Shown here: one piece after another, positions 37,829 through 47,905 of the stretch
Numbering within the stretch: position 1 is the first letter of the stretch
Layout of the letters: each line of letters opens with the position of its first letter
Source of the DNA: a virus
Taxonomy: Duplodnaviria; Caudoviricetes
DNA: 64,000 bases
IMG/VR virus record: IMGVR_UViG_3300037067_011302
Span: 96,001-160,000 of that record
Direction: 5' to 3' (one strand)
Made by a program: the position numbers and the translations under genes
Notes under the pieces: generated by a model
Told to the model about the DNA's origin: nothing
Seen by the model: the letters and a program-made list of their open reading frames with translations, nothing else
The model's database searches: none

Positions 37829-38959
37829 ATGACGTACGATTATGCGATCATCGGTGCCGGTTTGAGCGGAGCAACATTCGCTGAACGTGCAGTCAAGAAC
37901 GGAAAGAGGGTGTTGGTCATCGACAAACGTGAACACGTTGCTGGCAATTGCTACACCAGTCGCGGATTCATGGGAAGCATGATCAACGTTCACCAGTACG
38001 GACCGCACATCTTTCACACGTCTGACAAGCAAATTTGGGAATACGTAAATCACTTTGCGTTGTTCAACGGCTACGTTCATAGTGGTCACGCGATCGTCAA
38101 CGGCGAACACTGGTCATTGCCGATAAACATGGCAACGATGAACAAATTGTGGGGTGTGAAGGATCCTGATGAAGCAATGGCACGAGTGGCGTCATCACGA
38201 ATTGTTCCAAAACCGGGCAGCGATGACTGTGAATCATGGATGCTGAGCGTTGTTGGGCGTGAACTCTATGAACTCCTCTTCAAGGAGTACACGACCAAGC
38301 AATGGGGAAAACATCCTAGTGAACTTCCTTCAAGCATCTTCAAGCGATTGCCCATTAGGTTCACGTGGAACGATCGTTATTACAATGATACGTTTCAGGG
38401 AATTCCCGTTCACGGATATACGTCAATGATCGAGAAGATGTTGCAGGGAGCGTGCGTCGTTCGCGGGTGCGATTATGCGTATGAGAAGAACTTCATCAAC
38501 AAGATTGCAAAGCACGTTGTGTACACCGGACCAATTGACGCTTTCTTTGAACACTCGTGTGGCAAATTAGAGTATCGTTCACTACATTTTGAACACGATC
38601 TAGTGAAAAAACCCGACTTTCAAGGTACTTCCGTCATTAACTACCCGAGCAAAGACGTCAAATACACTAGAATCATTGAACACGTACACTTCGACGATCG
38701 AACGAGTCTACCATCAGTTGATGACAACAACACGGTCATTACGTACGAATACCCATGCATGTATCAGGCTGCCGAAGAACCGTTCTATCCCGTGTGCACG
38801 GCAGACAACCTGTTGAAACTCGAAAAATATCAGAGGAAAGCAAGTGAGATTCGAGATAGGTACACGTTCTTGGGTCGCCTAGGGACGTTCCAATATCTTG
38901 ACATGGATGACGCAATTTACTTTGCACTCAAGGCGGCCACTCGTTTAGGAATGCAGTGA
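37829..38959 (+). CDS. glf: UDP-galactopyranose mutase
   Basis: GAGLSG FAD motif, 'HQYGPHIFHT', 'YTTKQWG', 'LEYRSL', 'GRLGTFQYLDMD'. Confidence 0.96.
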   Translation: MTYDYAIIGAGLSGATFAERAVKNGKRVLVIDKREHVAGNCYTSRGFMGSMINVHQYGPHIFHTSDKQIWEYVNHFALFNGYVHSGHAIVNGEHWSLPINMATMNKLWGVKDPDEAMARVASSRIVPKPGSDDCESWMLSVVGRELYELLFKEYTTKQWGKHPSELPSSIFKRLPIRFTWNDRYYNDTFQGIPVHGYTSMIEKMLQGACVVRGCDYAYEKNFINKIAKHVVYTGPIDAFFEHSCGKLEYRSLHFEHDLVKKPDFQGTSVINYPSKDVKYTRIIEHVHFDDRTSLPSVDDNNTVITYEYPCMYQAAEEPFYPVCTADNLLKLEKYQRKASEIRDRYTFLGRLGTFQYLDMDDAIYFALKAATRLGMQ

Positions 38960-39132
38960 AATTCATAAAGGAACACACAAAGGAGGAGATCATCGACGCG
39001 ATCAATGACCTGTTGGCACAGCGTGCGAAGTACGTGGCAATGGTCGAGGCAGGTCATCCAGAGGTGTTGGTGGCCATCCAGTTCATCGACAATGTCCTAC
39101 GAATGACCGGTGTGCCCAAGAAGGATGGTTAA
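38956..39132 (+). CDS. Small hypothetical protein (58 aa; below the ORF-track cut-off)
   Basis: GTGA overlap with the glf stop and AGGA RBS; MKFIKEHTKEEIIDAINDLLAQRAKY... Confidence 0.55.
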   Translation: MKFIKEHTKEEIIDAINDLLAQRAKYVAMVEAGHPEVLVAIQFIDNVLRMTGVPKKDG

Positions 39133-39209
39133 TCATTGACATTCGTCGGCGGCACGTGCACAATCGTGGGTCACTTGAACGAGCATTGACTTTGGTGTAA
39201 ATTTGTTCA

Positions 39210-40016
39210 ATGGACAAAATTGACGATTCGCGATTTCAATTGCTTCCCAATAAGAAGAAGCACGTTTCTTTCTCTGAACTGCGTCAATGGTGTGAGTGTT
39301 CATGGCGACACAAGGTTCAATTTATAGACGGAATTGACCTCAGCACTCCTGGCACTGCGCTAGACTTCGGCACGTCAATTCATGCTGCGCACGAGCAATT
39401 CATCAACACGCGCGTCATGTCGCCTGAGATTTCAACACAATCGATCGACAAATTGTGGTTGGAGCACTCTCACGGTCCTGCAATCAAGGGACAATTCATC
39501 AATGAATCCAATGCAATTCTTGCCGAAGTGCCGTCATTTTATGACGTGACATTTCCTGGTTGGGAATCAACGAGTGCAGAACACTTTCTGTATGAACCAG
39601 TCGGAAACGGAGATCACGCGTTCAAGGGATACATCGACGCGATCATCACAGCACCAGGTCCGCGCAACAAGAAGTTGACGTGGATCATTGACGTAAAGAC
39701 AACATCGTGGGGTTGGGACAGGGAGAAGAAGGAGAATGAACTCACGAGGATGCAGATCGTCCTCTACAAGAAGTTTTGGTCGCTGAAGACGGGGACCGAT
39801 CCAAAGGACGTGAGGTGTGCATTCTTGTTGCTCAAACGTGCCGCAAAGACGAACAATCGGTGTGAACTGTTCACTATTTCTGCCGGCGACAAGACGATGG
39901 ATCGAGCGATGAAGCGCGTGACGAGCATGTTGAATGGAATGAAAAAGGGAATTGCGATCAAGAATCGCTATTCGTGCATCTACTGTCCCTACAAGGACAC
40001 AAAGTGGTGCACGTGA
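39210..40016 (+). CDS. PD-(D/E)XK nuclease, Cas4/AddB-like
   Basis: 'SFSEL', 'FGTSIH', 'GYIDA', 'IIDVKT', 'QIVLY', with one N-terminal and three C-terminal cysteines (CIYCPY...WC). Confidence 0.88.
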   Translation: MDKIDDSRFQLLPNKKKHVSFSELRQWCECSWRHKVQFIDGIDLSTPGTALDFGTSIHAAHEQFINTRVMSPEISTQSIDKLWLEHSHGPAIKGQFINESNAILAEVPSFYDVTFPGWESTSAEHFLYEPVGNGDHAFKGYIDAIITAPGPRNKKLTWIIDVKTTSWGWDREKKENELTRMQIVLYKKFWSLKTGTDPKDVRCAFLLLKRAAKTNNRCELFTISAGDKTMDRAMKRVTSMLNGMKKGIAIKNRYSCIYCPYKDTKWCT

Positions 40017-40019
40017 GCG

Positions 40020-40655
40020 TCATACCTTCGATAACTTGAACACTTCGCGCATAGTTTCTGGCGTGATGAAGTGAGCAGTAATTGCACCGCCCACCTTCAA
40101 TGAATCTATCGAAGGGTCACGCCTGAACACGTTGTCATGGCGTCTTGCAATCTTTGCTTCCCTCATCCAGAGGCCGATTGACGTGTCGCTATTTTTGGTG
40201 ATTGCAATGCTATCACCTTGAGAGATGACGTACTTCGATAGTTCAATCATCGCGGTCTTACTTACGATGATTCCTGCACCACCACGTGGGAATTCAACGT
40301 TGTCGTTTAGTCCAACGTTTCCTGCGATTATTTTTGCGTTCGTCATGCATCCGACGAACCTGTAGTTGCCGATGACGATCGATTCATTTGGATCGCACTT
40401 TGACAGGTAGTCGTTCATCATCTTGACGTTTACGTACGTGTCGTCGTCGACGAGGACGTACCAGTCATGTGTTACGTTGACTCTACGAAAGAATGTTACG
40501 TACTTGTATGGGCATGAGTCATAGCCCAACACAGGTGAGTCGTCATCGCTGAGTTTGATCAGTTCGTCGACCTGAGAGCCCCACGTTTCAATGACCGCCT
40601 TGAATCGTGTTTGCTCATAATTTCCACACGTCAACACAACATATGCGATCGACAT
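40020..40655 (-). CDS. Fringe-like/GT31 glycosyltransferase
   Basis: 'ETWG', 'WYVLVDDDTYV', 'GGAGIIVS', 'DTSIGLW', 'TAH'; counter-oriented. Confidence 0.85.
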   Translation of the reverse strand: MSIAYVVLTCGNYEQTRFKAVIETWGSQVDELIKLSDDDSPVLGYDSCPYKYVTFFRRVNVTHDWYVLVDDDTYVNVKMMNDYLSKCDPNESIVIGNYRFVGCMTNAKIIAGNVGLNDNVEFPRGGAGIIVSKTAMIELSKYVISQGDSIAITKNSDTSIGLWMREAKIARRHDNVFRRDPSIDSLKVGGAITAHFITPETMREVFKLSKV

Positions 40656-40749
40656 GAAAATATGTATGTGTCACGATGACACAAAATTTGCTCATCATTC
40701 GACAATTCATGAACACATCACACATGCAAAGTATATTCGGTTCAAGCTG

Positions 40750-42066
40750 ATGTCACCGATTAGTTCACTTCCACAGGCGAATTTTTCTCTTGCGAACAAT
40801 TTTTTGGGTCCACAGAAGAAAAAAATTATGTGGATCTCAGATCATCCTCTGAGCACGTCTGGCGTCGGCACGCAGGCACGGTGGCTGATCGACGGTCTGT
40901 TGAGGACCGAGAGGTACTCATTCAGGTGCTTCGGCGGTGCACTGAAGCACGATGACATGAACACAATCACCGTCACTCCCGATTGGATCATCAAGCCGAC
41001 GAATGGGTACGGTGACATAAACATGCTACGTCAGGTGCTCGTCCAAGAAAAACCTGACGCCCTCGTGTTGTTCACTGATCCTAGATTTTTTACGTGGACG
41101 TGGGAAATGGAGGACGAAATACACCAAGTGTGTCCGATCGCCTACAATCACCTGTGGGACAACCTTCCCGTTCCGGCATTTAATCGCGTGTTGTACGAGA
41201 GCACTGACTTGTTGAACTGTATCAACTATCCTACGTATGAATTCGTTCACGATTGGTTGCCAGATCGCACGAACTACGTTCCGCACGCTGCACCACGCGA
41301 GCTATATTTCCCACTTCAACAGGAAGCAATTCAGAACGTGAGGAAGACGTTCTTCGGTAATTCTCGAGCGGATCACTTCATTGTGCTGTTCGTCGGTAGG
41401 AATGCACGTCGTAAGTGCACCAGCGATATCATTGCCGCGTTCAAGATGTTCGTTGACGAACTGTTTGAGAGGCACGGCCACCGCAAGGCGACGCTCGTCA
41501 TGCATACTGATCCACATGACAGAGAGGGACCAAATCTCTATCACATGTTGGACGCATTCAACGTGAAGGAAAATGTCGTATTTTCCAATGATCGCGTGAA
41601 GTTTGAGGAGATGAACCTCCTCTACAACTCGTGTGATGCACTCGTGCAGTTCAGTAGCGCAGAAGGCTTTGGATTGCCAGTGTTGGAGGCAAAGATGGCA
41701 GGAAAGCCAATCATTGCAATGAAGACTGGCGGCGTGACTCGACAAGTTGAGGACCATGAGACGAATGAACAATTCGGCGTTGCCATCGATCCTGAGGTTC
41801 AAACGTTGGCAGGAAATCAATTGGTTCCTTTCATCTATGAGGATTATGCATCACACAGGACGCTCGCGAATGCATACATGAAGGTGTTCGAAATGGGTCA
41901 CGATGAACGTTCAAGGATCGGTCTTCGAGCTCGTGAACACGCGTTGAAGAACTACAACATTGATGAAATGATCTCAACGTGGGACAGAACGTTGACTGAC
42001 CTCATCGATCGGTGGAAACGTGGTGAGTGTCCGAACAACAAACGATGGCGAACAGTGACCCTTTGA
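40750..42066 (+). CDS. Glycosyltransferase family 4
   Basis: 'SDHPLSTSGVG', 'RNARRK', 'EGFGLPVLEAKMAGKPII'; start reassigned to 40750. Confidence 0.9.
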   Translation: MSPISSLPQANFSLANNFLGPQKKKIMWISDHPLSTSGVGTQARWLIDGLLRTERYSFRCFGGALKHDDMNTITVTPDWIIKPTNGYGDINMLRQVLVQEKPDALVLFTDPRFFTWTWEMEDEIHQVCPIAYNHLWDNLPVPAFNRVLYESTDLLNCINYPTYEFVHDWLPDRTNYVPHAAPRELYFPLQQEAIQNVRKTFFGNSRADHFIVLFVGRNARRKCTSDIIAAFKMFVDELFERHGHRKATLVMHTDPHDREGPNLYHMLDAFNVKENVVFSNDRVKFEEMNLLYNSCDALVQFSSAEGFGLPVLEAKMAGKPIIAMKTGGVTRQVEDHETNEQFGVAIDPEVQTLAGNQLVPFIYEDYASHRTLANAYMKVFEMGHDERSRIGLRAREHALKNYNIDEMISTWDRTLTDLIDRWKRGECPNNKRWRTVTL

Positions 42067-42078
42067 GGAGTGATGACA

Positions 42079-43251
42079 ATGAAAAGCATTGTGATGCGTG
42101 GACCGTGCATGACGGTCAGTGGTTACGGAAATCACGCTCGCGAGGTTGCGAAGTGGTTGCTCAGCAAAAAAGACGTTGACGTCAAGTTTGTTCTCACTCC
42201 GTGGGGAGACACGCCTTGGATCGTTGATAGGACTCGGCACGGAGGATTGATCGATGAGATCGTGAAACGATCTGCAAAGCCTTCACAAGGAATGGCTGAC
42301 GTGTCGATCCAACTACAATTACCGAATGAGTGGGATCCGAAGCTCGCGACCGTGAACGTCGGCATCACTGCCGGCGTTGAGACCGATCGTTGTAACCCAT
42401 CATGGATTACGTCTTGCAGTGCAATGGACGCAGTCGTCGTTCCGTCAACACACGTTGCTGATTGCTTCACGAACACTGGAATTGTGAATAAGCTCATTCA
42501 CGTTGTGCCTGAATCTTATGGCAATCGTGCCGGTGATAGGTCGACAAATAACATCGTTGATGTGCTTCCTGAGTTGACGACGGCGTTCAACTTTCTCGTC
42601 TTCGGACAAATCACAGGAAATTCTCCGCACAATGATAGAAAGAACACGTTCAACACTGTGAAGTGGCTATGCGAGGCATTCCGCGACGATCCTGACGTCG
42701 GAATCGTCATCAAGACGAACGTCGGTAGGAATTCATTGATTGATCTGAACATCACGACGTCGCTGGTGAAGAAGCTCCTGGAAGAGGTCAGGCGTGGACC
42801 GTTTCCAAAGGTGTACCTCGTACACGGTGACGTTCCAGACGCTGACATCGCAGCAATCTATGCACACCCCAAGGTGAAGGCACTCGTCTCACTCACAAGA
42901 GGAGAGGGATTCGGTCTGCCCATTCTTGAAGCGGCCGCTAGTGGACTGCCGATCATCGCGACCGGATGGTCAGGACACATGGACTACTTGAAGCACGGTA
43001 AGTTCATCAACGTTGATTATGTCCTACAGGATGTTCATCCGTCTCGCGTTGACAACAACATCTTCATGAAGGGTGCGAGGTGGGCAGAAGCATCATCAGA
43101 AGACGTCAAGAAGAAATTGACCAAGTTTAGAAATTCCAGCACCATTCCTGAGTCTTGGGCAACTGAACTTGCGACGAAGGTCGTTGAAAAGTATTCATTC
43201 GATGAAGTGTGCAAGCAGTACGACGTTGTGCTGGGTGAGGTCATCAAGTGA
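42079..43251 (+). CDS. Glycosyltransferase family 4
   Basis: 'SGYGNHAR', 'DRKN', 'RGEGFGLPILEAAASGLPII'. Confidence 0.9.
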   Translation: MKSIVMRGPCMTVSGYGNHAREVAKWLLSKKDVDVKFVLTPWGDTPWIVDRTRHGGLIDEIVKRSAKPSQGMADVSIQLQLPNEWDPKLATVNVGITAGVETDRCNPSWITSCSAMDAVVVPSTHVADCFTNTGIVNKLIHVVPESYGNRAGDRSTNNIVDVLPELTTAFNFLVFGQITGNSPHNDRKNTFNTVKWLCEAFRDDPDVGIVIKTNVGRNSLIDLNITTSLVKKLLEEVRRGPFPKVYLVHGDVPDADIAAIYAHPKVKALVSLTRGEGFGLPILEAAASGLPIIATGWSGHMDYLKHGKFINVDYVLQDVHPSRVDNNIFMKGARWAEASSEDVKKKLTKFRNSSTIPESWATELATKVVEKYSFDEVCKQYDVVLGEVIK

Positions 43252-43574
43252 CAACTGCGTTCATGTTTGTGTTCCTATTTGCGTGGTTGATCACGACGAT
43301 CGGTCTTGTGATTAGCATCTCAAAGAACGTCAAGTTGATTGAAAAGCTCGATCGCGTTGCCGAACAGGTTGAGAAGTCACTTGATGTGATTGACACAAAG
43401 TACGCAAAGATAGCGTACATCGCGTCGACGCCGGTGTTGTCGAATGAACCACAGATCAAGTCGTTGATGTCAAACGTTCGTGACACAAAGAATGCAATCA
43501 TTGACATCGTCAATGCACTCGTTGATTCGGTCAACGATGAAGAGACTAAGACAGAAAGTGACGTAGACGAGTGA
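43248..43574 (+). CDS. Small membrane-anchored protein
   Basis: N-terminal hydrophobic helix followed by a coiled region. Confidence 0.6.
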   Translation: MTTAFMFVFLFAWLITTIGLVISISKNVKLIEKLDRVAEQVEKSLDVIDTKYAKIAYIASTPVLSNEPQIKSLMSNVRDTKNAIIDIVNALVDSVNDEETKTESDVDE

Positions 43575-44323
43575 TGGAAAAAAAAGAAATCGTAAAGAAA
43601 TCACGTGCTCCTCGTGGTTCAAAGCAGAAGGATCCTTCGAAGCTATACTTTCACAAGGGAACTCAGGCGGCAATCGTTGCCTACCAACAGGTCGTAGACA
43701 ACCAAAAGGAACGTGAAAAGATATACGTCACCGACATCCTTCCGGCATTTACACGATTGGTGGAGAATCTCATCAACGTGTACAAGTTTGCATCGCTTCA
43801 CGATTCGTTCGATGACTTGAAGCACGACTGTGTCAACTTCTTGTTCGAGTCAATCGGCAAGTTTGACAACACCCGTGGGACCAACGCATTCTCGTACTTC
43901 AACGTCGTTGCGAAGAATTTTCTCATTGTGAGGACGAAGCAGAAGGCACAGAGGATCAAACGTAGCATCAGCATGGACGACGTCAGGGCACTCAACACGC
44001 ACGAGTGCAGCATCGTAGAGGAAAATTCGACCATACCTGCGCAGGATCTGGTGTATGAAAATGCAACGATCACGCACAATATAATCAAAATGTTGTACGA
44101 GATTCGTTCGAAGATGAGGACGGACAACGAACTCGTCTGTATCAATTCGATCATCACCATATTTGAACACATCGACGACATTGACATCCTGACGCGCAGT
44201 GCAATTCACCTCTACATTCGTGAAATGTCAGGACTCAGTCCAAAGCAACTGTTGACGAGCATGCAAGCGATAAAGAAGCACTACAAGAAGATGAAGCTCG
44301 ACATGGGTCCCGATCTTTTTTGA
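43574..44323 (+). CDS. Phage RNA polymerase sigma factor (gp55-like, putative late sigma)
   Basis: Region-2-like 'LVENLI...DDLKHDCV.FL...KFD..RG.NAFSYF..VAKN'. Confidence 0.75.
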   Translation: MEKKEIVKKSRAPRGSKQKDPSKLYFHKGTQAAIVAYQQVVDNQKEREKIYVTDILPAFTRLVENLINVYKFASLHDSFDDLKHDCVNFLFESIGKFDNTRGTNAFSYFNVVAKNFLIVRTKQKAQRIKRSISMDDVRALNTHECSIVEENSTIPAQDLVYENATITHNIIKMLYEIRSKMRTDNELVCINSIITIFEHIDDIDILTRSAIHLYIREMSGLSPKQLLTSMQAIKKHYKKMKLDMGPDLF

Positions 44324-44332
44324 GGAACGACG

Positions 44333-44719
44333 ATGGTAGACGAAAGTAATGATGTTGACAACCGCGAACTTGTTGAAATTGCAAAGGTCAACATCGGCGA
44401 GAGGATAAGCAATTTTGCTTCGTTGCTGGGAAAGCTCACCGGACTCGACGACAAGGCGAAACAATTGTGGACCGAGATCTACGAAAATGCCATCTGCGAT
44501 CGACAGAACTCGTACGTGATGTTCATGCGATTGGCACAGATTTCAGGTGCCAAGAGCACCGAGCACGCAATTCACGGTAAGTCGTTGGCATCGTACATTG
44601 AACGCATGCAGAAGGCGAACGAACAGTTGCTTCGCCTCGCCGAGCTCGTCGCGAAGGTTGATCGTGAAACTGAACCGATGAACGTCGACGACGTTTTTTC
44701 GCAGATCAGGAAGAAGTGA
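44333..44719 (+). CDS. Hypothetical helical protein
   Basis: 128 aa, GAGGA RBS. Confidence 0.65.
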   Translation: MVDESNDVDNRELVEIAKVNIGERISNFASLLGKLTGLDDKAKQLWTEIYENAICDRQNSYVMFMRLAQISGAKSTEHAIHGKSLASYIERMQKANEQLLRLAELVAKVDRETEPMNVDDVFSQIRKK

Positions 44720-44724
44720 ACTAG

Positions 44725-46263
44725 ATGCCGCCGAATCGCTACAGCAAGCTGGACAAACAGATAGTCGAGGGCACCGCACATCGTGTAATAAGCGAACGTA
44801 ACGTGTACGGCGACAACACGGGCTCGCCTCCTCCTCCGTTCATGCGATTCGTCGTCATTGAAGTGATATTCGATCCAACGATCGTTGACGACAACAAGGC
44901 GGCGTACTTTGAGCATGTGATCGGCGTATCAAATCAACAGTACGCTAAGGTGTTGCCACGAAATGCAATAATCGCGCAGCAAGTGATCTATGGAGATGCA
45001 AATGCGCCATCCCAACCGATGTTCCTGTTTCCGTTCTTTCCTCCTCACTTGTCACTTCCGTGTCAGCCAGGCGAGCACGTTTGGGCGATGTTTGAAAATG
45101 CTGGTGGTTCGATCAGCGACTTGGGATATTGGTTCTGTCGAATCGTCGAACCAGGATTTGTAGAAGACGTAAATCACACTCACGCTCCACGTTCACTTGA
45201 TTCAGGCTTTGTCACAACGACAAAGGAATCATTCGACGGTCAGGTTCCGCCAAAGTATGAATTCCGTAACGGAATGGCGATGATGACGCCTGACGGTGCG
45301 CGCCAGACGATCGCAGAGACTGCATTCATGAATGAGGACGAAGGTGTCTATGAGCGATTGATGCACAATTCAGATGCCGGTCGCACGATGACGTACGAGG
45401 CGGTTCCTCGCTACAGAAAACGTCCTGCTGACGTGACGTTGGAAGGTTGCAACAACACATTGATCGTGCTCGGAAAGGACAGGGTCGGGCCCGCAGCACA
45501 GTTCGTCAGTGATGATGAATCAAAGTTTGCCGTCGTCGTCCCACAAGAGATCCCAGAACGTGGCGTTGGTGCAATCGACATCGTGGCTGGCAGGGGACAA
45601 ATTCCTGAGACGGCTGGAAGTGTTGTCGCGTGTTCATCGATCAACGGAGAGCCAACGGGTCAACTTGAATTGGGCAAATCAACGGTTGAGTTGGTTCCAA
45701 ATGAAGGTGATCCGGATTTTTTGCACGATCGTAGCAGAGTGTACGTTGCACAGAAGACACGCGTTGACACCAATTTTGGCCTGTCGTCGTTCAATCTAGC
45801 GTTCGGCGCTGGTACAATACAAGGAACGAGCGTCAGGGGATCGGAATCTGATGCGTACGTCGGAGATGAAGCAGGAGGTGACGGAGCGGTCGTCGTTAGG
45901 TCCGACAAGGTGAGGTTGATTGCACGGTCTGACATTGAAATCGTCGTCACGGGAGTGGACTCGAGGGACGCCGAGGGCCGCCTGGTGGCGAGTTCTGACG
46001 TGTCGGGGTATGCGTCAATAACGATCAAGGCAAATGGTGATATCGTCATGAAACCTTCGGCAAAGGGCTACGTCAAGTTGGGCGGCGACGATGCTGACAA
46101 GGGATTGTTGTGCACAGATCAACCAGTTGTTGCTCAGGAAGGACTCGTGCAGGGTCCACCACTGATCACGACGATGGGTGGTCAGATCGGTGGAAGCACA
46201 GGCGACGGCACGGCGCTCGTGACCGGTCAGGGTAGGTACGCAGCAAAGGTCTTGGTGAAGTGA
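44725..46263 (+). CDS. Putative baseplate hub/spike protein (gp5/VgrG OB-fold-like)
   Basis: 'PFFPPHLSLPCQPGEHVW', 'DVTLEG.NN', C-terminal beta strands; two genes upstream of the gp25-like gene. Confidence 0.6.
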   Translation: MPPNRYSKLDKQIVEGTAHRVISERNVYGDNTGSPPPPFMRFVVIEVIFDPTIVDDNKAAYFEHVIGVSNQQYAKVLPRNAIIAQQVIYGDANAPSQPMFLFPFFPPHLSLPCQPGEHVWAMFENAGGSISDLGYWFCRIVEPGFVEDVNHTHAPRSLDSGFVTTTKESFDGQVPPKYEFRNGMAMMTPDGARQTIAETAFMNEDEGVYERLMHNSDAGRTMTYEAVPRYRKRPADVTLEGCNNTLIVLGKDRVGPAAQFVSDDESKFAVVVPQEIPERGVGAIDIVAGRGQIPETAGSVVACSSINGEPTGQLELGKSTVELVPNEGDPDFLHDRSRVYVAQKTRVDTNFGLSSFNLAFGAGTIQGTSVRGSESDAYVGDEAGGDGAVVVRSDKVRLIARSDIEIVVTGVDSRDAEGRLVASSDVSGYASITIKANGDIVMKPSAKGYVKLGGDDADKGLLCTDQPVVAQEGLVQGPPLITTMGGQIGGSTGDGTALVTGQGRYAAKVLVK

Positions 46264-47897
46264 TGGCCGGCGACGGGTGTCAATATCACGCTGGAATCTT
46301 GAATCCTGATGGCACGTTGACCTACATTGCAAAGCAAAAGTTCATCCGTGAAGTGAAGGACCAACTTGTTCACGGAACTGACAACATGCCGGCCGCACTG
46401 ATGTTTCCGTGTGGAAAGCCGGTGCCGCCGAACCCATGGGCTGCGCAACTTGACCTTGAGAACGAAGAAAAGTTTCCCGACTTTCACAAGTACATGTTGG
46501 GAAGTTTTGAAAAGATTGCGCGCGCGCTTGACATGAAGTCCGACTTCAAATTTCTGCCGATATGCTGTCCAGTGTCGCTTGGATTCGTGCTCGATGCCAA
46601 CATCGAACTTGATTTCGTGGATGGCTTCATTCCGTTCTTTTCGCCAGCGCTTCCGCTCCTCGCCGTCAAGCTCGACATCATGCCTCCTCCGAAGTTGGCC
46701 GTCAAGTTACCCGGGCTTCCTCAGATTCCTCCTCCGATTCCGAAGTTTGAACTGCCGACGTTCGATCCTGAATTGTTGATCGACTTGTTTAACTTCAACA
46801 TGTCGTTTATACTCGGCATTCCTAAGTTCATAGCAAACCTGGCACTCAACATTCCAAAGTTGATCCTCAAATTGCCGAGCGTTCCTGACCTATTCAAGGA
46901 GATCTGTACGATCGCATTTGACTCTGACCTGTTCGGTGACATCGATAGTCGGTCGATCGTTGAGATCACGTCGGTGAAGGTCCTGACGACGAGGGTCGCT
47001 GAGATGTCGTTCATTGCGGCAACTGGTACCACGGTGGGTTCATCACAGGGAGGAATCGTCGGTGGACTCGGCCGCGAGCTCGGATACGTTCCGCCCGATC
47101 CTGTGCCGCCCGACAAGAAGAATGAAACGATCAGAGAACGCATTATCACCAGAGCGAGGGAAAGCGTCGGGTTGTCATACGGTGACATCACAAAGAGACA
47201 AGATTATACGTACCTGTTATTGCCTGCAGAATGTAGCAGTCAAGTTCCTGGTGATTGTGGAAAGTTTCAGACGACGCCATTTGCCGAAAACATGGCTAGC
47301 ACAGCATCGTCTTGTGGCATGTTTGCACGAGCGTGTTTGGCTAACGCTGGGTGCACACATAGGTTGATCACCGGCATGTATGACTTAAAGTGGACCAGCA
47401 CCATTGACTATGAAATCGACAACATGCCAAATGAAAAGCGTCTAAAGATTCGACCGTACAAGGTGAGGTACTCTCCTCAAGGTGAGAGCTTTCCTGTCCC
47501 GTTGAAAAAGGGCGACATAATCATCATAGGTCTTGGCGGCGGCGGTGTTCAAAGTGCTATCGATGACATCCAACACGTTTTGATCGTTGAGGAAGATCAC
47601 AACGGTGACATTCGTACCTCGCTGAAGGCGATCGCCGGAGGACAATCAGATCCAAACAATAAGAAGTACGGCGATGGTGGCACATTCAGTCTACAACCGA
47701 CTGCGATCGATCGATACGAATATAAGTCGGTCGTCGTAGGATCGACAGAGGTCACCGCCCTTCGACGTGCAGCTATAGGTCCAAAAGGTCAGTTTGTTTG
47801 GGCACTCGGTGAGGGAATTAAGTCGAAGGCCATCTATTCGATCTACGACGCCGATGAATTCGCCAAGTACCTCGGGAGCACGTTCCCAACGTCATAA
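46263..47897 (+). CDS. Baseplate-region protein with a C-terminal CHAP/NlpC-P60-like domain
   Basis: Pro-rich N-terminal half; 'SSCGMFA...KGDIIII...QHVLIVE' Cys/His pattern. Confidence 0.5.
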   Translation: MAGDGCQYHAGILNPDGTLTYIAKQKFIREVKDQLVHGTDNMPAALMFPCGKPVPPNPWAAQLDLENEEKFPDFHKYMLGSFEKIARALDMKSDFKFLPICCPVSLGFVLDANIELDFVDGFIPFFSPALPLLAVKLDIMPPPKLAVKLPGLPQIPPPIPKFELPTFDPELLIDLFNFNMSFILGIPKFIANLALNIPKLILKLPSVPDLFKEICTIAFDSDLFGDIDSRSIVEITSVKVLTTRVAEMSFIAATGTTVGSSQGGIVGGLGRELGYVPPDPVPPDKKNETIRERIITRARESVGLSYGDITKRQDYTYLLLPAECSSQVPGDCGKFQTTPFAENMASTASSCGMFARACLANAGCTHRLITGMYDLKWTSTIDYEIDNMPNEKRLKIRPYKVRYSPQGESFPVPLKKGDIIIIGLGGGGVQSAIDDIQHVLIVEEDHNGDIRTSLKAIAGGQSDPNNKKYGDGGTFSLQPTAIDRYEYKSVVVGSTEVTALRRAAIGPKGQFVWALGEGIKSKAIYSIYDADEFAKYLGSTFPTS

Positions 47898-47900
47898 TTA
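47894..47900 (+). promoter_or_regulatory. Putative late-promoter motif ATAATTA
   Basis: 5 nt upstream of the gp25-like ATG. Confidence 0.45.
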
Positions 47901-47905
47901 GATGC

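Noticed and set aside
39210-40016. Cas4 as part of a CRISPR-Cas system
   Set aside because: No cas1/cas2 or array; stand-alone Cas4-like nucleases are common in phages.
26521-43251. Bacterial O-antigen/capsule locus (window being host chromosome)
   Set aside because: No wzx/wzy/wzm/wzt or initiating transferase, and the cluster is continuous with phage sigma and baseplate genes.
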